DNA from: the human T2T-CHM13v2.0 reference genome, Homo sapiens
NCBI RefSeq assembly: GCF_009914755.1
Contig: NC_060936.1
Direction: 5' to 3' (one strand)
Length of the DNA stretch: 64,000 nt
Positions 1 to 11,829 of the stretch are shown here, piece after piece (positions within the stretch are counted from its first letter, which is position 1; each line of letters begins with the position of its first letter). Both the position numbers and the translations under genes were made by a program. Under the pieces are notes generated by a model. That model made no database searches. It was not told the DNA's origin and worked only from the letters and a program-made list of their open reading frames with translations.

Positions 1-1890
1 TGAAAAAGAAATCAAAAAGCAATCCAATTTGCAATAGCTATAAAGAATATAAAATACTTAGGAATCAATTTAACCAAGAAGTGAAAGATGTATACAAAGA
101 AAACTATAAAACACTGATGAAAGAAATAGAAGAGGACAAAAAAAAAGAAGTATATTTCATGCTCATAGATGGAAAGAATTAATATTGTTAAATACCCAAA
201 GCAATTTACGGATTCAACGCAATCTCTTTGAAAACACTAATGACATTTTTCACAGAAATAGAGATAACAATCATAAATTTTAGATGGAACAACAGAGGGC
301 CCCCAATAGCCAAAGCTATTCTGAGCAAAAGAACATAGTTGGAGGCATCGCATTACCTGACTTCAAAATATACTACAAAATTATAGTAACCAAATCAGCA
401 TGGTACTAAAACAGACACATAAACCAGTGGAACAGAATAGAGAACCCAGATATAAATCCATGCATTTATAGCCAAGCCACTCTCTGCAAATACACCAAGG
501 ACATACATTGGGAAAAGACAGTCTCTTCAATAAATGGCACTGGGAAAACTGGATAACCACATGCACAAGAATGAAACTAGACTCTATCTCATACCATATA
601 AAACACCAAATAAAAACAGATTGAATAACTAAATGTAAGACCTGAAACTATGAAACAATTAGAAGAAAACACTGGGAAACACTCCAGGATATTGGTCTGG
701 GCAAAGATTTTTGGGTAAGACCTCAAAAGCACAGGCCACCAAAGCAAAAATATAGACAAATGGGATTATATCAATCAAAAATCTTCTGCCAGCAAAGGAA
801 ACAATCAACAAAGTGAAGAGACAACCCACAGAGTGGGAGAAATATTTTTAAACTATCCAACTAATAACGGGTTAATAATCTAAATATATAGAGCTCAGAC
901 AACTCAATAGAAAAAAACCAACTAATCTGATTTTAAAAAATGGGTGAAAGAACTGAATAGACATTTCTCAAAAGAAGACATACAAATGGCCAATATGTAA
1001 ATAAATGCTCAACAACACTAATAATCAGAGAAACATAACTCAAAAAGAAAATGAGATATCATCATACCTCAGGCAGAATGGCTTTTATCAAAAAGACAGG
1101 AAATAATGGATGCTGGCAAGGATATGAAGAAAGGAGAACCCTCATACACCATTGACAGGAATATAAATTAGGATAGTCATTATGGAAAACTGTATGGATT
1201 TGCCTCAAAAAACTAAAGATAGTATTACTATACAATTCAGCAATTCCACTTCTGGGTATATATCCAAAAGAAAGAAAATTATATATCAAAGTGATAGCTG
1301 CACCATGTTTATTGCAGCACTATTTATAATAGCCAAAATATGGAAGCAGCCTAAGTGTCCCTTGATGAATGAATGGGTAAGAATATGTGGTATATATACG
1401 CACACATTTTTAGCCATAAAAAATGAAATCATGTTATATGTAGTAACATGGTGGAACTAGAGGTCATTATGTTAAGTGAAATAAGCCAAGCACAGAAAGA
1501 CAAATATCCATGTTCTCATTCATATGTGGGAGCTAAAAATGTTGATACCATTAAGATAGAGTGTAGATTGGTGGTTATCAGAGGCCGGAAAGGGTAGGGG
1601 AAAGGGAGGATAAAGAGAGGTTGATTGAGTACAAATATACAATTGTAAGAAATAAAACCTAGTGTTTGATAAATCAATAAGGTGACTATAATTTACAATA
1701 ATCTATACATATTTCAAAATAGCTAGAAGAGAATAATTCAGATGTTTCTGGTATAATAAAAAGACAAATATTTGAAGTGACAGATATCCCAATTTTACTA
1801 ATTTGATCTTTACAAATTATATGAATGTACTAAATTATCACATGTACCTAGAAACTATGTACATCAATACAAAAACAAAGTTTAAAAACA
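1..1890 (+). mobile_element. L1 (L1MA-type) ORF2 3' portion and 3'UTR, decayed
   Basis: L1 ORF2 C-terminal remnants (MFIAALFIIAKIWKQPKCP), 3'UTR motifs, A-rich end. Confidence 0.9.
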
Positions 1891-2581
1891 ATGTTAATTA
1901 AAATAACAATGAGATGCCACTTATCAAATACTAAATTAGCAACATTATAAAAGATGAAACTATTTAGTATCAGTGATTATTCAGTAAAATACATTCTCAT
2001 TTATAACTCAGAGGAGTAAAATTTGTTATAGCTATTGGAAAGTCACTTTGCCAGATGGTGTTCATTGTATTGTCACAGTAATTCCATTATAAGTTATTTC
2101 CAAAACAGATTGAGTTTTATGCACTGTTTTGTCCACACTGTATATCATAATAAAATTATTTTAAAAATAATTATAAATGTACAAATATAGATAAGATTCA
2201 AGGAACTTAGCCACCATATTAAAATAGAATGTAAGGAAATTGGAAAACAATTATTGTTTATTGGGTTTGTAATGAAACTGTGGACCAGGTATTTGACTGA
2301 TTATTAGAAGAAACAATACTTTTTATTTTAGTCTTCTTTGCTTGGTGCCTCTGCCATGAACTAAATATGACACTGAGGATGAAATAAGTGAGAATGTATA
2401 TTCCAGTTTTCTTAATTTTGAGTCATATTTTATTTTATCTATTCCCCGTTTGTTTCCCTTTCGCGTATTTTGTATAAGAGGCTGAGACACATCTCCATCG
2501 AGTGGGAGTTCCTAAATATCAGCGGTATTTCCTCATATTCCCACCCTCTCCATGGAGTGCGGCCCCTGGAGTTGCACAGAC

Positions 2582-2677
2582 CTGAGGTTCTTGTCCCATG
2601 TGGGTCCTCTCTCTTGAGGCAGGTCTCCATCTCATGGAATAAATTCTCCTCGAGAGAACCCCTCCTTCTGGTTGAAA
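2582..2677 (-). CDS. CD163L1: CD163L1 cytoplasmic exon (VSTRRRGSLEENLFHEMETCLKREDPHGTRTS), 96 nt
   Basis: tcag acceptor, G|gtctgt donor; 32 codons, matching the recalled difference between the long and short M160 tails. Confidence 0.93.
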
Positions 2678-2889
2678 CTGAGAATGGATGCTTCATGGTT
2701 AGGATTCAAATTCAAATGGCCTATCCCTTATATTAGGACACTTAATGCTAAGGTTTGACACATATTAATCCCTCTGAGCTAAAATCCAATGGCTCTTTCA
2801 GCACCTACCCCTGCTAGTGAATTTTTTACATTTTTAAAATTTATCCTCCTTTTTCTCCCTTGATATTCTTCCACTTTTATTACCAAGTT

Positions 2890-3110
2890 CTTTACATAGT
2901 ATTTACTATGTGCTGGCCATTTTTCATACAGATGATTAATTTATTTAACTATCTTAACCTGATGAGGTAAGACTATTATTATCTTTACAAATTAGGAAAT
3001 TGGAGTTTGGAAAGGTAGTTTCTAGCCAAAGGCCACACAGCTAGTAAGTTATATAAGTGGTGTTCAAACCCAGGAAACTCTTGTTCTTAATCCTCCACCA
3101 TGCTTCTACA
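2890..3110 (-). mobile_element. MIR fragment
   Basis: MIR-like core (attattatctttaca...ggaaattggag...aaggccacacagctagtaag...ttcaaacccagg). Confidence 0.6.
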
Positions 3111-3432
3111 TTTTCTATTGGCTATTTCTGCAGTCTAGATTCTGAACCAAAACATACAATTACCTTCCTTCTATCAGCTAAGATATTTGCCTATCTGACT
3201 CATCGTCTGTATGGCAAGCTACAGCTTCTAAAAGATTACATTTGTGTAAATGGAAATTGTGGATTGGCTGATTCTTGATCATTCCACATGTTTCTGCATT
3301 TGGCCTGGCACTTTCCAATCCATCTCACTCAAAGTGGCAAGTGCATTTCTTCCATTCTGCAAGAATCCCCCATCCTGTGTGCCCTTGGTGGCAGGTAACT
3401 CACATTTTATACAATCCTAGTGGGGCTCTCAC

Positions 3433-3543
3433 CTCTGAGGGGCAGATGTTTTTGTTTCTGAACTCGGCACCACGTGAGAAATAGAATAAACAGAACCAGG
3501 AGAAGGAGCCCAAAGATACTGGATAAAATAAGTGCTAAATGAC
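3433..3543 (-). CDS. CD163L1: CD163L1 transmembrane exon (GHLALILSSIFGLLLLVLFILFLTWCRVQKQKHLPLR), 111 nt
   Basis: acag acceptor, G|gtgaga donor; hydrophobic stretch followed by basic residues; translated by hand, not in ORF track. Confidence 0.95.
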
Positions 3544-3868
3544 CTGTATAGAAATTAAGCATTGATAAGTATTAAACTAGTAGATATCAATTGTGGGTTT
3601 ATACATTGTAAAAAAAACTGGTTCCCTAGTTGCTGAGAAGAATAATGGCTATACATTTCAACATATTCATGAACAGTACGTAATCTTTGAGAGCTATTTT
3701 AGATGAAAACTATCTTGGAACAACTGAATCCAAATCTTTCCATAATTCTATTGCCCTAAATTACTTCCAATTTTATACAAGAGATTTGATAACTAAACCT
3801 TTCCTCTTGCATTGCATTCACTACTAAAACACCAGAATCAGAAAATACTAGGGCTTGAGCTGAGCTGT

Positions 3869-3986
3869 TTCTTTCTTTTTTTTTTTTTTTTGAGATGGAG
3901 TCTCATTCTGTCACCCAGGCTGAGTGTACTGGCACGATCTCGGCTCACTGCAATCTCTGCTTCCTGGGTTTAAGTGATTCTCCTGA
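3869..3986 (-). mobile_element. 5'-truncated Alu (3' end of right arm)
   Basis: poly-T then gagatggagtctcattctgtcacccaggct; flanked by direct repeat tgagctgtttct. Confidence 0.9.
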
Positions 3987-4278
3987 AGCTTGAGCTGTTT
4001 CTGCCAGTCTCATAAAGAATATTTGAGAATCTAGAAAGATTATCTATGAGGGTACCATGAGAGTCTTATCCTTCTCTGCATGTAAAAAGGATTTTTCTAG
4101 AGAGAAGGACTGCATAGCAAAGCAGTCACAGAGCTATTGATACCACTGGCTGCGACCCACAGACTCATATTTCTGCAGTCCCCAGTCTTCTTTGATTATC
4201 ATAGCAGTTTCTGCCCTCCCTTGACCTTCCATGTAGCCTTAGGTATTTGTGTCAGCACTGATAGGCAGAAGACTATAC

Positions 4279-4311
4279 CTGAGGAGGCATTCAGTGATTT
4301 CAGCGACTGTC
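4279..4311 (-). CDS. CD163L1: CD163L1 stalk micro-exon (GQSLKSLNASS), 33 nt
   Basis: (tc)n-ag acceptor, G|gtatag donor; not in ORF track; joins SRCR12 to the TM exon in frame. Confidence 0.9.
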
Positions 4312-4313
4312 CT

Positions 4314-4337
4314 GAGAGAGAGAGAGAGAGAGAGAGA
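4314..4337 (+). repeat. (GA)n microsatellite forming the polypyrimidine tract of the 33-nt exon
   Basis: 12 GA units directly abutting the acceptor. Confidence 0.95.
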
Positions 4338-4622
4338 CGTAAATGAACGAAAAGGAACTGGGTATTTCTTTTTACATCTCCTGCGATTATCGGATGTCAT
4401 TTAAATATCCTTTTAACATCTCCTGTGAATACTGGATGTCATTTAAAATATCAGTCAGAATCCTCTTGCTTCAAAGTCTAAGGCCAAATCCACCTTTCTT
4501 CCCTCAAAATTATGGGGGCTATTTTAGATAACAGTGGAACATTATCTTATTTAGTTGTGGAAAAACGTTAGTTTAACATAGCCTTTCATTCTTCAACAAG
4601 AAATCCTAGTATCTTCAGCTCA

Positions 4623-5204
<582 letters not shown>

Positions 5205-6235
5205 CTAGTCACACTCAAGGGGTGAAACATCTCCAGCGAGGCCAAACCAGATATTCATTTTCTACTCTAGATGTTTGAAAACAAAACATATTGATTTCAT
5301 TTTCCAAATTTCAGTGTCCTATCTGACCCAAACATCCTATCTTGCCCCTCTCATTTTCACAATTTCTCCAAATATAACTAATGTTCATTTGGCTCAAGTT
5401 TGATCTATATAAGACCATTGCTGCTTCTGTGCCCTCCAATTATCAGTCCTTTCTTGCCTTCACTTTACTCCCTGTAAGTATGTATACTAAGATCATAACT
5501 ACAAACACTCTCTTTCCCAAATGAACAATGCTTTGGCACTAGTGACCTCTCGTCACATGGCTGTGTACAAATGCAGGATAAGCCCAACTCTCTACCTCCT
5601 TTAAGCCGGTTCCTGAAATACTGAGTTTCACTGCAGATAATTATAACCGGGGTCATTTTAAACTTGCTGCCAAAAAAGTCTGCAGGATCCTCAATATTTT
5701 AGAATGATCTTATCATTTTTATGTTTCATTCTTTATTATTTTGTTAAATGTTTTTTCATATTCTAAGCCTCTGCCTTACCTCTGCCCACCAACCACATGA
5801 AGACCAAAAGAGAATCTCGGGATTTCTCTATTGGATTTTAGTTCCCGTAATAGTATAGGAAAAGTTACAGTTTCAGTAGATAATTAACTTTTAGGTAATT
5901 TGGCTTCTATTCAAAAGGGTTTTTTTGATCTAAACGTCTCATCCCCCGGTCTGATAAGTCATCCCCAAGTCCTCAAACCTGATAACTTTCACATGCACCC
6001 TTTAAAAAATTTCCTTTCTCCTTGTCATAAGAGCCCCTCTCCAGTTACCGTGTTAACTCTTTTCTCTCTCTCATAGCCAAACATCTTGAGTTTATTTTTT
6101 CTCGTCATTTTTGTAAATCTCCTGCTCATTAATAAATACTTTTAGACTAGCTTCTACCTCCTACCAATACAGAGTGCATCATTGAATGGCCTATATAATA
6201 ATAAATTCAGAGTATGGTTTTTAATCCTACTTCTT

Positions 6236-6594
6236 TGCTATGGTTTGGCTGTATCCCCACCCAAATCTCAAACTGTAGCTCCCATAATTCCCACGTGTTG
6301 TGGGGGGGACCTGGTGGGAGGTAATTGAATCATAGGGGTGGGTCTTTCCTGTGCTGTTCTTGTGATAGTGAATAAGTCTCACAAGATCTGATGGTTTTAT
6401 ACATGGGAGTTCCCCTGCACATGCTCTTTTGCCTGCCACCATGTAAGACGTGACTTTGCTCCTCCTTTGCCTTCAGCCATGATTGTGAGGCCTCATTAGC
6501 CATATGGAACTGTGAGTCCATTAAGCCTCCTTCCTTTATAAATTACCCAGTCTCTGGTATTTCTTTATTAGCAGCATGAGAACTGACTAATACA
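6236..6594. mobile_element. THE1-type MaLR solo LTR
   Basis: tgctatggtttggctg...gactaataca termini; 5-bp TSD ttctt at 6231-6235 and 6595-6599. Confidence 0.92.
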
Positions 6595-8665
6595 TTCTTT
6601 CATCCTTTCACAAAATTGACTCAAGAAAATGAGAATAAGCCAATAGTCCTGGACATTCTTTTTAAGTATTAACAAATTACTACCCAAAATAGCTATAGTT
6701 ATTCTCTTTCAAATATTGAAACACAATGATTTTATTCCATATACTATTAAAGATCATAAAAGCTGGCAGAATTCATCCTAGTTTATATTTCAACAAATCT
6801 CCAATGCTAATATCAACAAATATAAAAAGAGCGCTAAATAAGATCTACTGCATAGTATCATTCATATACATATAGATGCAAATTTTTAATATAAAATATT
6901 GATAAATTAAAACTTAAGATAGTTGAAATCCAAAATTTCAGGTAATATAATTGATCAAATAGGAAAATAGATTTTGGGAAGAAAATATTGAGAAATATGC
7001 TTAAAATAATTTTCTATATATTTAAGGATATTTAATGTGATGTTACTTAAAATGGAAAAATAACTTGAATTTTCTAGATGGCCAATGACAGGGATTTGGT
7101 GCATAAGATTATAGTATATCATATGGTAAAAAATATATATGCTTTAGCTTGAGAAAATATTGCTAAATCAAAAGAGCAGGGAGCACAAATATGCAAGCAT
7201 AACATTTTGCAATAAAATATATGAATATATATAAAATATATACACACATATGATACTCAAGAGTGTAATATCAGCTAATATATCATCAACTGATCATGGT
7301 ATTATAGGTGATATCTGTGTTTTTTTCCATGATTTCTGGGTTTTTTTCAAATTTTTTGTTTGGGGAATGATATTATTTTGTGATACAATTACAATAGTAA
7401 AAAGAAGCAAAATGCTTAAAAATATGAACCACAAACAGACAATATTCATAAATAATGTCCATATCCACTACTAACCAAACCCATGCAAATTATGTTGATT
7501 TAGGTGAAATTTTAATTTGGGAAGGTATGTGTATGTCTGTGTATATGTTTCTCTCTGTGTGTAACATTGGTGGGAAGGGTGAAATAAAATCAATGCTCTC
7601 ATATACTGGGGATAAGAATGAAAACTAATACATAGGCTTTCTGCTGGAGCAATTAACTACTACATATAAAGAATCATAAAAATGTTCACTCATTTTACCC
7701 ACTCATTTTGGGACTAGAAATATAACCTTCAGATATAATCAGAGATTCACCGAAAATGAATAAGGATGCTTATAATGGCATTATTTATACTAGTTTGACA
7801 TTGAGAAATAGCCTTAATACCAATAATCACATGGTTATTTATGTTCACATGATAAAATATTGTATGCCATTTGAAGGCTATTCATTGAAATTAGAATATA
7901 TTTACAGTATACTTTTACATATAAAAGTAGGATACAGATATCCTAAATATAGTGTAACACTACATTACATGCATATATATCATACTATATATACATATAC
8001 ATATATAGTATCTATATTTCATATACACATTTCATATACACAATCATAACTTTAAGTTTTTGTACAAAAGGAAGACTAATAGTTAATGTTTCTGAATATT
8101 AGTAATGGTTATTTTTGATAATCAGATTAAACGTGGAATGCATTTTATTATTTATAATTGTACAATTTCTAAAATCTCTACAATAAACATATTAAATTTT
8201 AATCAAATAAGACAATTTACAAGTGTCTTATAAATAATCAACTAACTTCCCATAGTAAAATGTTCTGCAGGAAAAAATAGAGCTGCTTAATCTCCATAAT
8301 TAATTCACATTTCCTCAAAAGTTCTGAGCTTTCTAGAATTTCTAAGACAGTATACATATTATATTTTTCATTTTTTAAAACACTGTAATTTTTTATGTGT
8401 TGTTATCCTTTTATGTGCTTTCATCCAGCTTCTCACAAGGAGCTTAAAGGAATCAAAAGAGACAATATACATTTTTAAATACCCTGTAAAATACTAAACC
8501 AAAATAATAAAATTTCAATATAGAACAGATGCGATAAATCAGCACTTATTGTCATGCACTTTTCAGTGAGTCTGCCATGTGCTCCTGAATGGAAAGATTT
8601 GCTATTTATGGTAAGTTATATTTCACAGGGCTTCAGTGACAGCTGGTGTTTAGAAAGATACCCAC

Positions 8666-8986
8666 CTTCACATGTGATCCAGGTCTCTTCTGCTGGGCTG
8701 GAGATTCTTCGCTCCCATGGGGCAGACAGGCACTGCCATATGGAGATATGCGTTTTAGGACACTGAATGTCATCCACCCACATGAAACCAGAGCCTGTCT
8801 TAGATAAAGGGGCGAGGCTGACAACTCCATTCTCCCCACAGCCCAGCTGCCTGCACACAATGCCTGCTATGGCTGTGGTGATGTTCCTCCTGCCGACGCT
8901 GCCCCAGGTCCCGTTATAGAAGACTTCCAATCTCCCAGCACAGCTCTCTGTTTCAGTTTCACTGTAGAGCCTCAAGGCTGTGAATT
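8666..8986 (-). CDS. CD163L1: CD163L1 exon, SRCR domain 11 (EFTALRLYSE...ETWITCE), 321 nt
   Basis: gtag acceptor, G|gtgggt donor; 6-Cys variant domain like CD163 SRCR8. Confidence 0.96.
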
Positions 8987-9300
8987 CTACAGAGAAATAC
9001 AAAACTTAGTATTAAATATTTCCTTTGGAGTTGGAAAATCCCTCCCCAAGGAATCCATTTTTCCCATGGAAATAATACATTAGGGCTCACAATACAATTT
9101 CATAAATCACTCTAACATATTAACAGCATAAATCTGATGGAAACTAAGGGTCTTGTAAGATTTCAGGATGAGTGTGGGTTTCCCAAGAATAGTATTTGAG
9201 CTTTAAATTTGTATCAACTTAAGTTAAAATGCAACCTTCTACATTCTACTCTCGAACATAAATTCAATTCAGAAAATAATCAGGAGGTTAACCTCATTTG

Positions 9301-9493
9301 CAGGGGTGTCCAAGGGAGAGGATACAGTTATGGGTTCTTAGTTTCTGCTTCTGGTCAGGTTAGTAAAGACCCTTCCTCATCCCTCTTTCCTCTTACCACT
9401 AGAGACAGAAACTAATAACCATGGCTTCAGGCTACTAAAAGCCTAAAATAAAACAAAACAAAACAACAAAATAAGGCAGATTGGACACGGTTG
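9301..9493. mobile_element. Short hAT-like DNA transposon (MER-type MITE)
   Basis: Imperfect terminal inverted repeats caggggtgtccaa / ttggacacggttg; family not identified, no clear TSD. Confidence 0.5.
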
Positions 9494-9787
9494 ACAGTGT
9501 GTTCTCAGAGCCAGAGTGGATGTCATGTAAGGTCCCTTTCTTGGGGTCTAACATTCTCTGACAGTAAGACCAATCTTTTATTCTTCTCAGTTATGAATGA
9601 TACCCAGACAAATGTAATATGACAAGGGTATTAAGAAATCAGTATAAGAGAATAGGATTAAAACCAAGTGGATTTTTTGTTTGTATTCCTAGGCCATACA
9701 CTTTTCACTACACTTTACAATTGTGTTGTGTGTGTGCAAGTGTGTGCACGTGTGTGTAGAGGAGGGTGAAAAGGTAGCAGCACAGAC

Positions 9788-10102
9788 CTGAGCAGATGAC
9801 CCCTGCGTCCTCCTTGTGCCTGCAGTCGTGCTGCCCCCAGCCGCGGGAAGGGCACTGCCACAAGTGGGACTCCATTCCTGTGCAGTTCAGGTCATCCAGC
9901 CAGATGGGCCCTGACCCCTCCCCAAAGTGAGCAGAGACCGTGGCATTGAAGGCCACTCCACAGCCCAGCTTTTGACACACCACGTGGGCATCGCTCAGGT
10001 CCCAGCCGTCATCACAGATGGTGCCCCAGAAGCCGTCGTGATAGATCTCTACTCTCCCGGCACAGCGGCTGTCCCCATCCACTAGGCGGAGCCGTTTGTC
10101 CT
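9788..10102 (-). CDS. CD163L1: CD163L1 exon, SRCR domain 10 ([10 protein letters not shown]...DAGVICS), 315 nt
   Basis: taag acceptor, G|gtctgt donor; canonical SRCR motifs [22 protein letters not shown]. Confidence 0.97.
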
Positions 10103-10176
10103 CTTAGAGGAGAAAGTCCAGTTAATAGGTCACATTCTTTAGAGTTGCAGTGTTTCCTAAAACTGATTCTGCTTAC

Positions 10177-10269
10177 CTAAGCAGATCAAAGCACTGCCCT
10201 CTGGAACTGCAGACAAATATGGGTCAGATACATTTGCGAGGCATGGAAACAGTGGCTGGGTCAGGCTTC
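10177..10269 (-). CDS. CD163L1: CD163L1 interdomain linker exon (GSLTQPLFPCLANVSDPYLSAVPEGSALICL), 93 nt
   Basis: ccag acceptor, G|gtaagc donor; 31 codons at the position of the CD163-family Pro/Ser/Thr linker. Confidence 0.95.
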
Positions 10270-10626
10270 CTGGTGGAGGGTGCAGGAAATGGGGCAAAAG
10301 TAAGACCAAAATACATGGAAAAGGTTGAAGAGTTCTGTAACAACATGGAATCTGCAATTGTGATAAGGACTTTTCAAACCCTGTCGTCTATTGAAATCAT
10401 TTTTATTAATGATGTCTACTCGTAAATCCCAAACACAGAGGTGTTAACTTCCCCTTAGGAATGGTCCTAGTTATCATTATTTCTTACATGTTACTCTTTG
10501 ACTGTCATGCCTATCCCCCCTCCACCTGCACCCCCATTTTCTTACTCATCTTTCCTTTAATCCCAACTCCCTCTACCATGTCTGGGCTATATTGACAGTA
10601 GTTAACCATAAGCACTATTCTCTTAC

Positions 10627-10941
10627 CTGTGCAGATCACAGAGACAGTATTTCCATGGATACAGGGAGGTGCTCCAAGAACTGTCATTTGACAGTTATCC
10701 AGAAGTGACTCATTCCCTAAGCAATGAAACCTGTGTCCCCACACACGAACACTTCTTTCTCCAATATATTTTCCTCCTGTGGTTGAGAGAGCAGTCCCAC
10801 AGCTGAGCTGTCTGCATAGAACACGGGCATCTTCTGGGTCCCAGTGGGTGTCACACAGTGAGCCCCAGTGTCCAAGCACGTTGATCTCCACTTGCCCGTC
10901 ACACTGGGATTTGCCATTCACAAGTCGGACATCTGTATATC
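10627..10941 (-). CDS. CD163L1: CD163L1 exon, SRCR domain 9 (RYTDVRLVNG...TVSVICT), 315 nt
   Basis: cctag acceptor, G|gtaaga donor; frame continuous with previous exon (C|GA = Arg). Confidence 0.97.
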
Positions 10942-11045
10942 CTAGGAGGAGACAAGGCCATAGAAGAGACATCATGACTTATCAGCTCCAGCCCCAAACT
11001 CCCCATCTCTAGCCCCAGCCAATTAAGATTATTTAAAAATCTCAC

Positions 11046-11360
11046 GGGAACAGACAACTCCAACTTCTCTGCTGTGGATACAAGTGTCTTCCGGATGTTG
11101 AACAATGGGGCATAATGCAAGGTGAGTTTCACTCCCTTCACACTGGAACTTTTCGGCCCAAGTTAGACCATTCCCTTTTCCAAAGTGATCTCCCACAGAA
11201 AGAGATATGGCATCTCCACAATTTAATTCTCTGCACAGCACATTGGCAGCATGAAGAGAGAAATCAGAATCACAGACAGAGCGCCATGTGTCTGCATGTT
11301 TCACTTCAACACGTCCAGAGCAGGGCATATCAGCTCCAACCAGCCTGGGCTGCCTGTGGG
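11046..11360 (-). CDS. CD163L1: CD163L1 exon, SRCR domain 8 ([10 protein letters not shown]...EVGVVCS), 315 nt; paralogous to CD163 SRCR5
   Basis: atag acceptor, C|gtgaga donor; AHRxPRLVG start as in CD163 SRCR5. Confidence 0.97.
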
Positions 11361-11829
11361 CTATAAAATAATATTTCAAAGGTTAGTTTTTAGGGTTTTC
11401 CAATATCTATCCCTGTCTCCAGTCTCCATATCTAACCCCAGAGCAATTTTTCTCCATTCATCATTAGAACATCCCATTCGTAGGGGCTCAGAGGACAAGA
11501 TTAGCAGTACAGACTTAAATTCACAGATCTGGATTACATACCTATTTTCTATGTCTTGGTGACCCACCAATCCTAGATTTAGAACTCATCAGAAGGAAAT
11601 GAATTGCACAATTTGTTTACATTAAAAAAATACTAAGTAACCTCAGCATTAAACAACACGTGAAGATTTGTAGTCATCTTAAGAAGATGGTGTAATATAA
11701 GAATAGAAAGACTTCTACTTACTGGTTAGATCCCAGCAATCCATCTAAATGAGTAATTTATAAACAACAAAAAAATACTGCCCATTATTCTGACTCTATT
11801 CTTTGCAGCAAAACTACTTATATTAGTAA

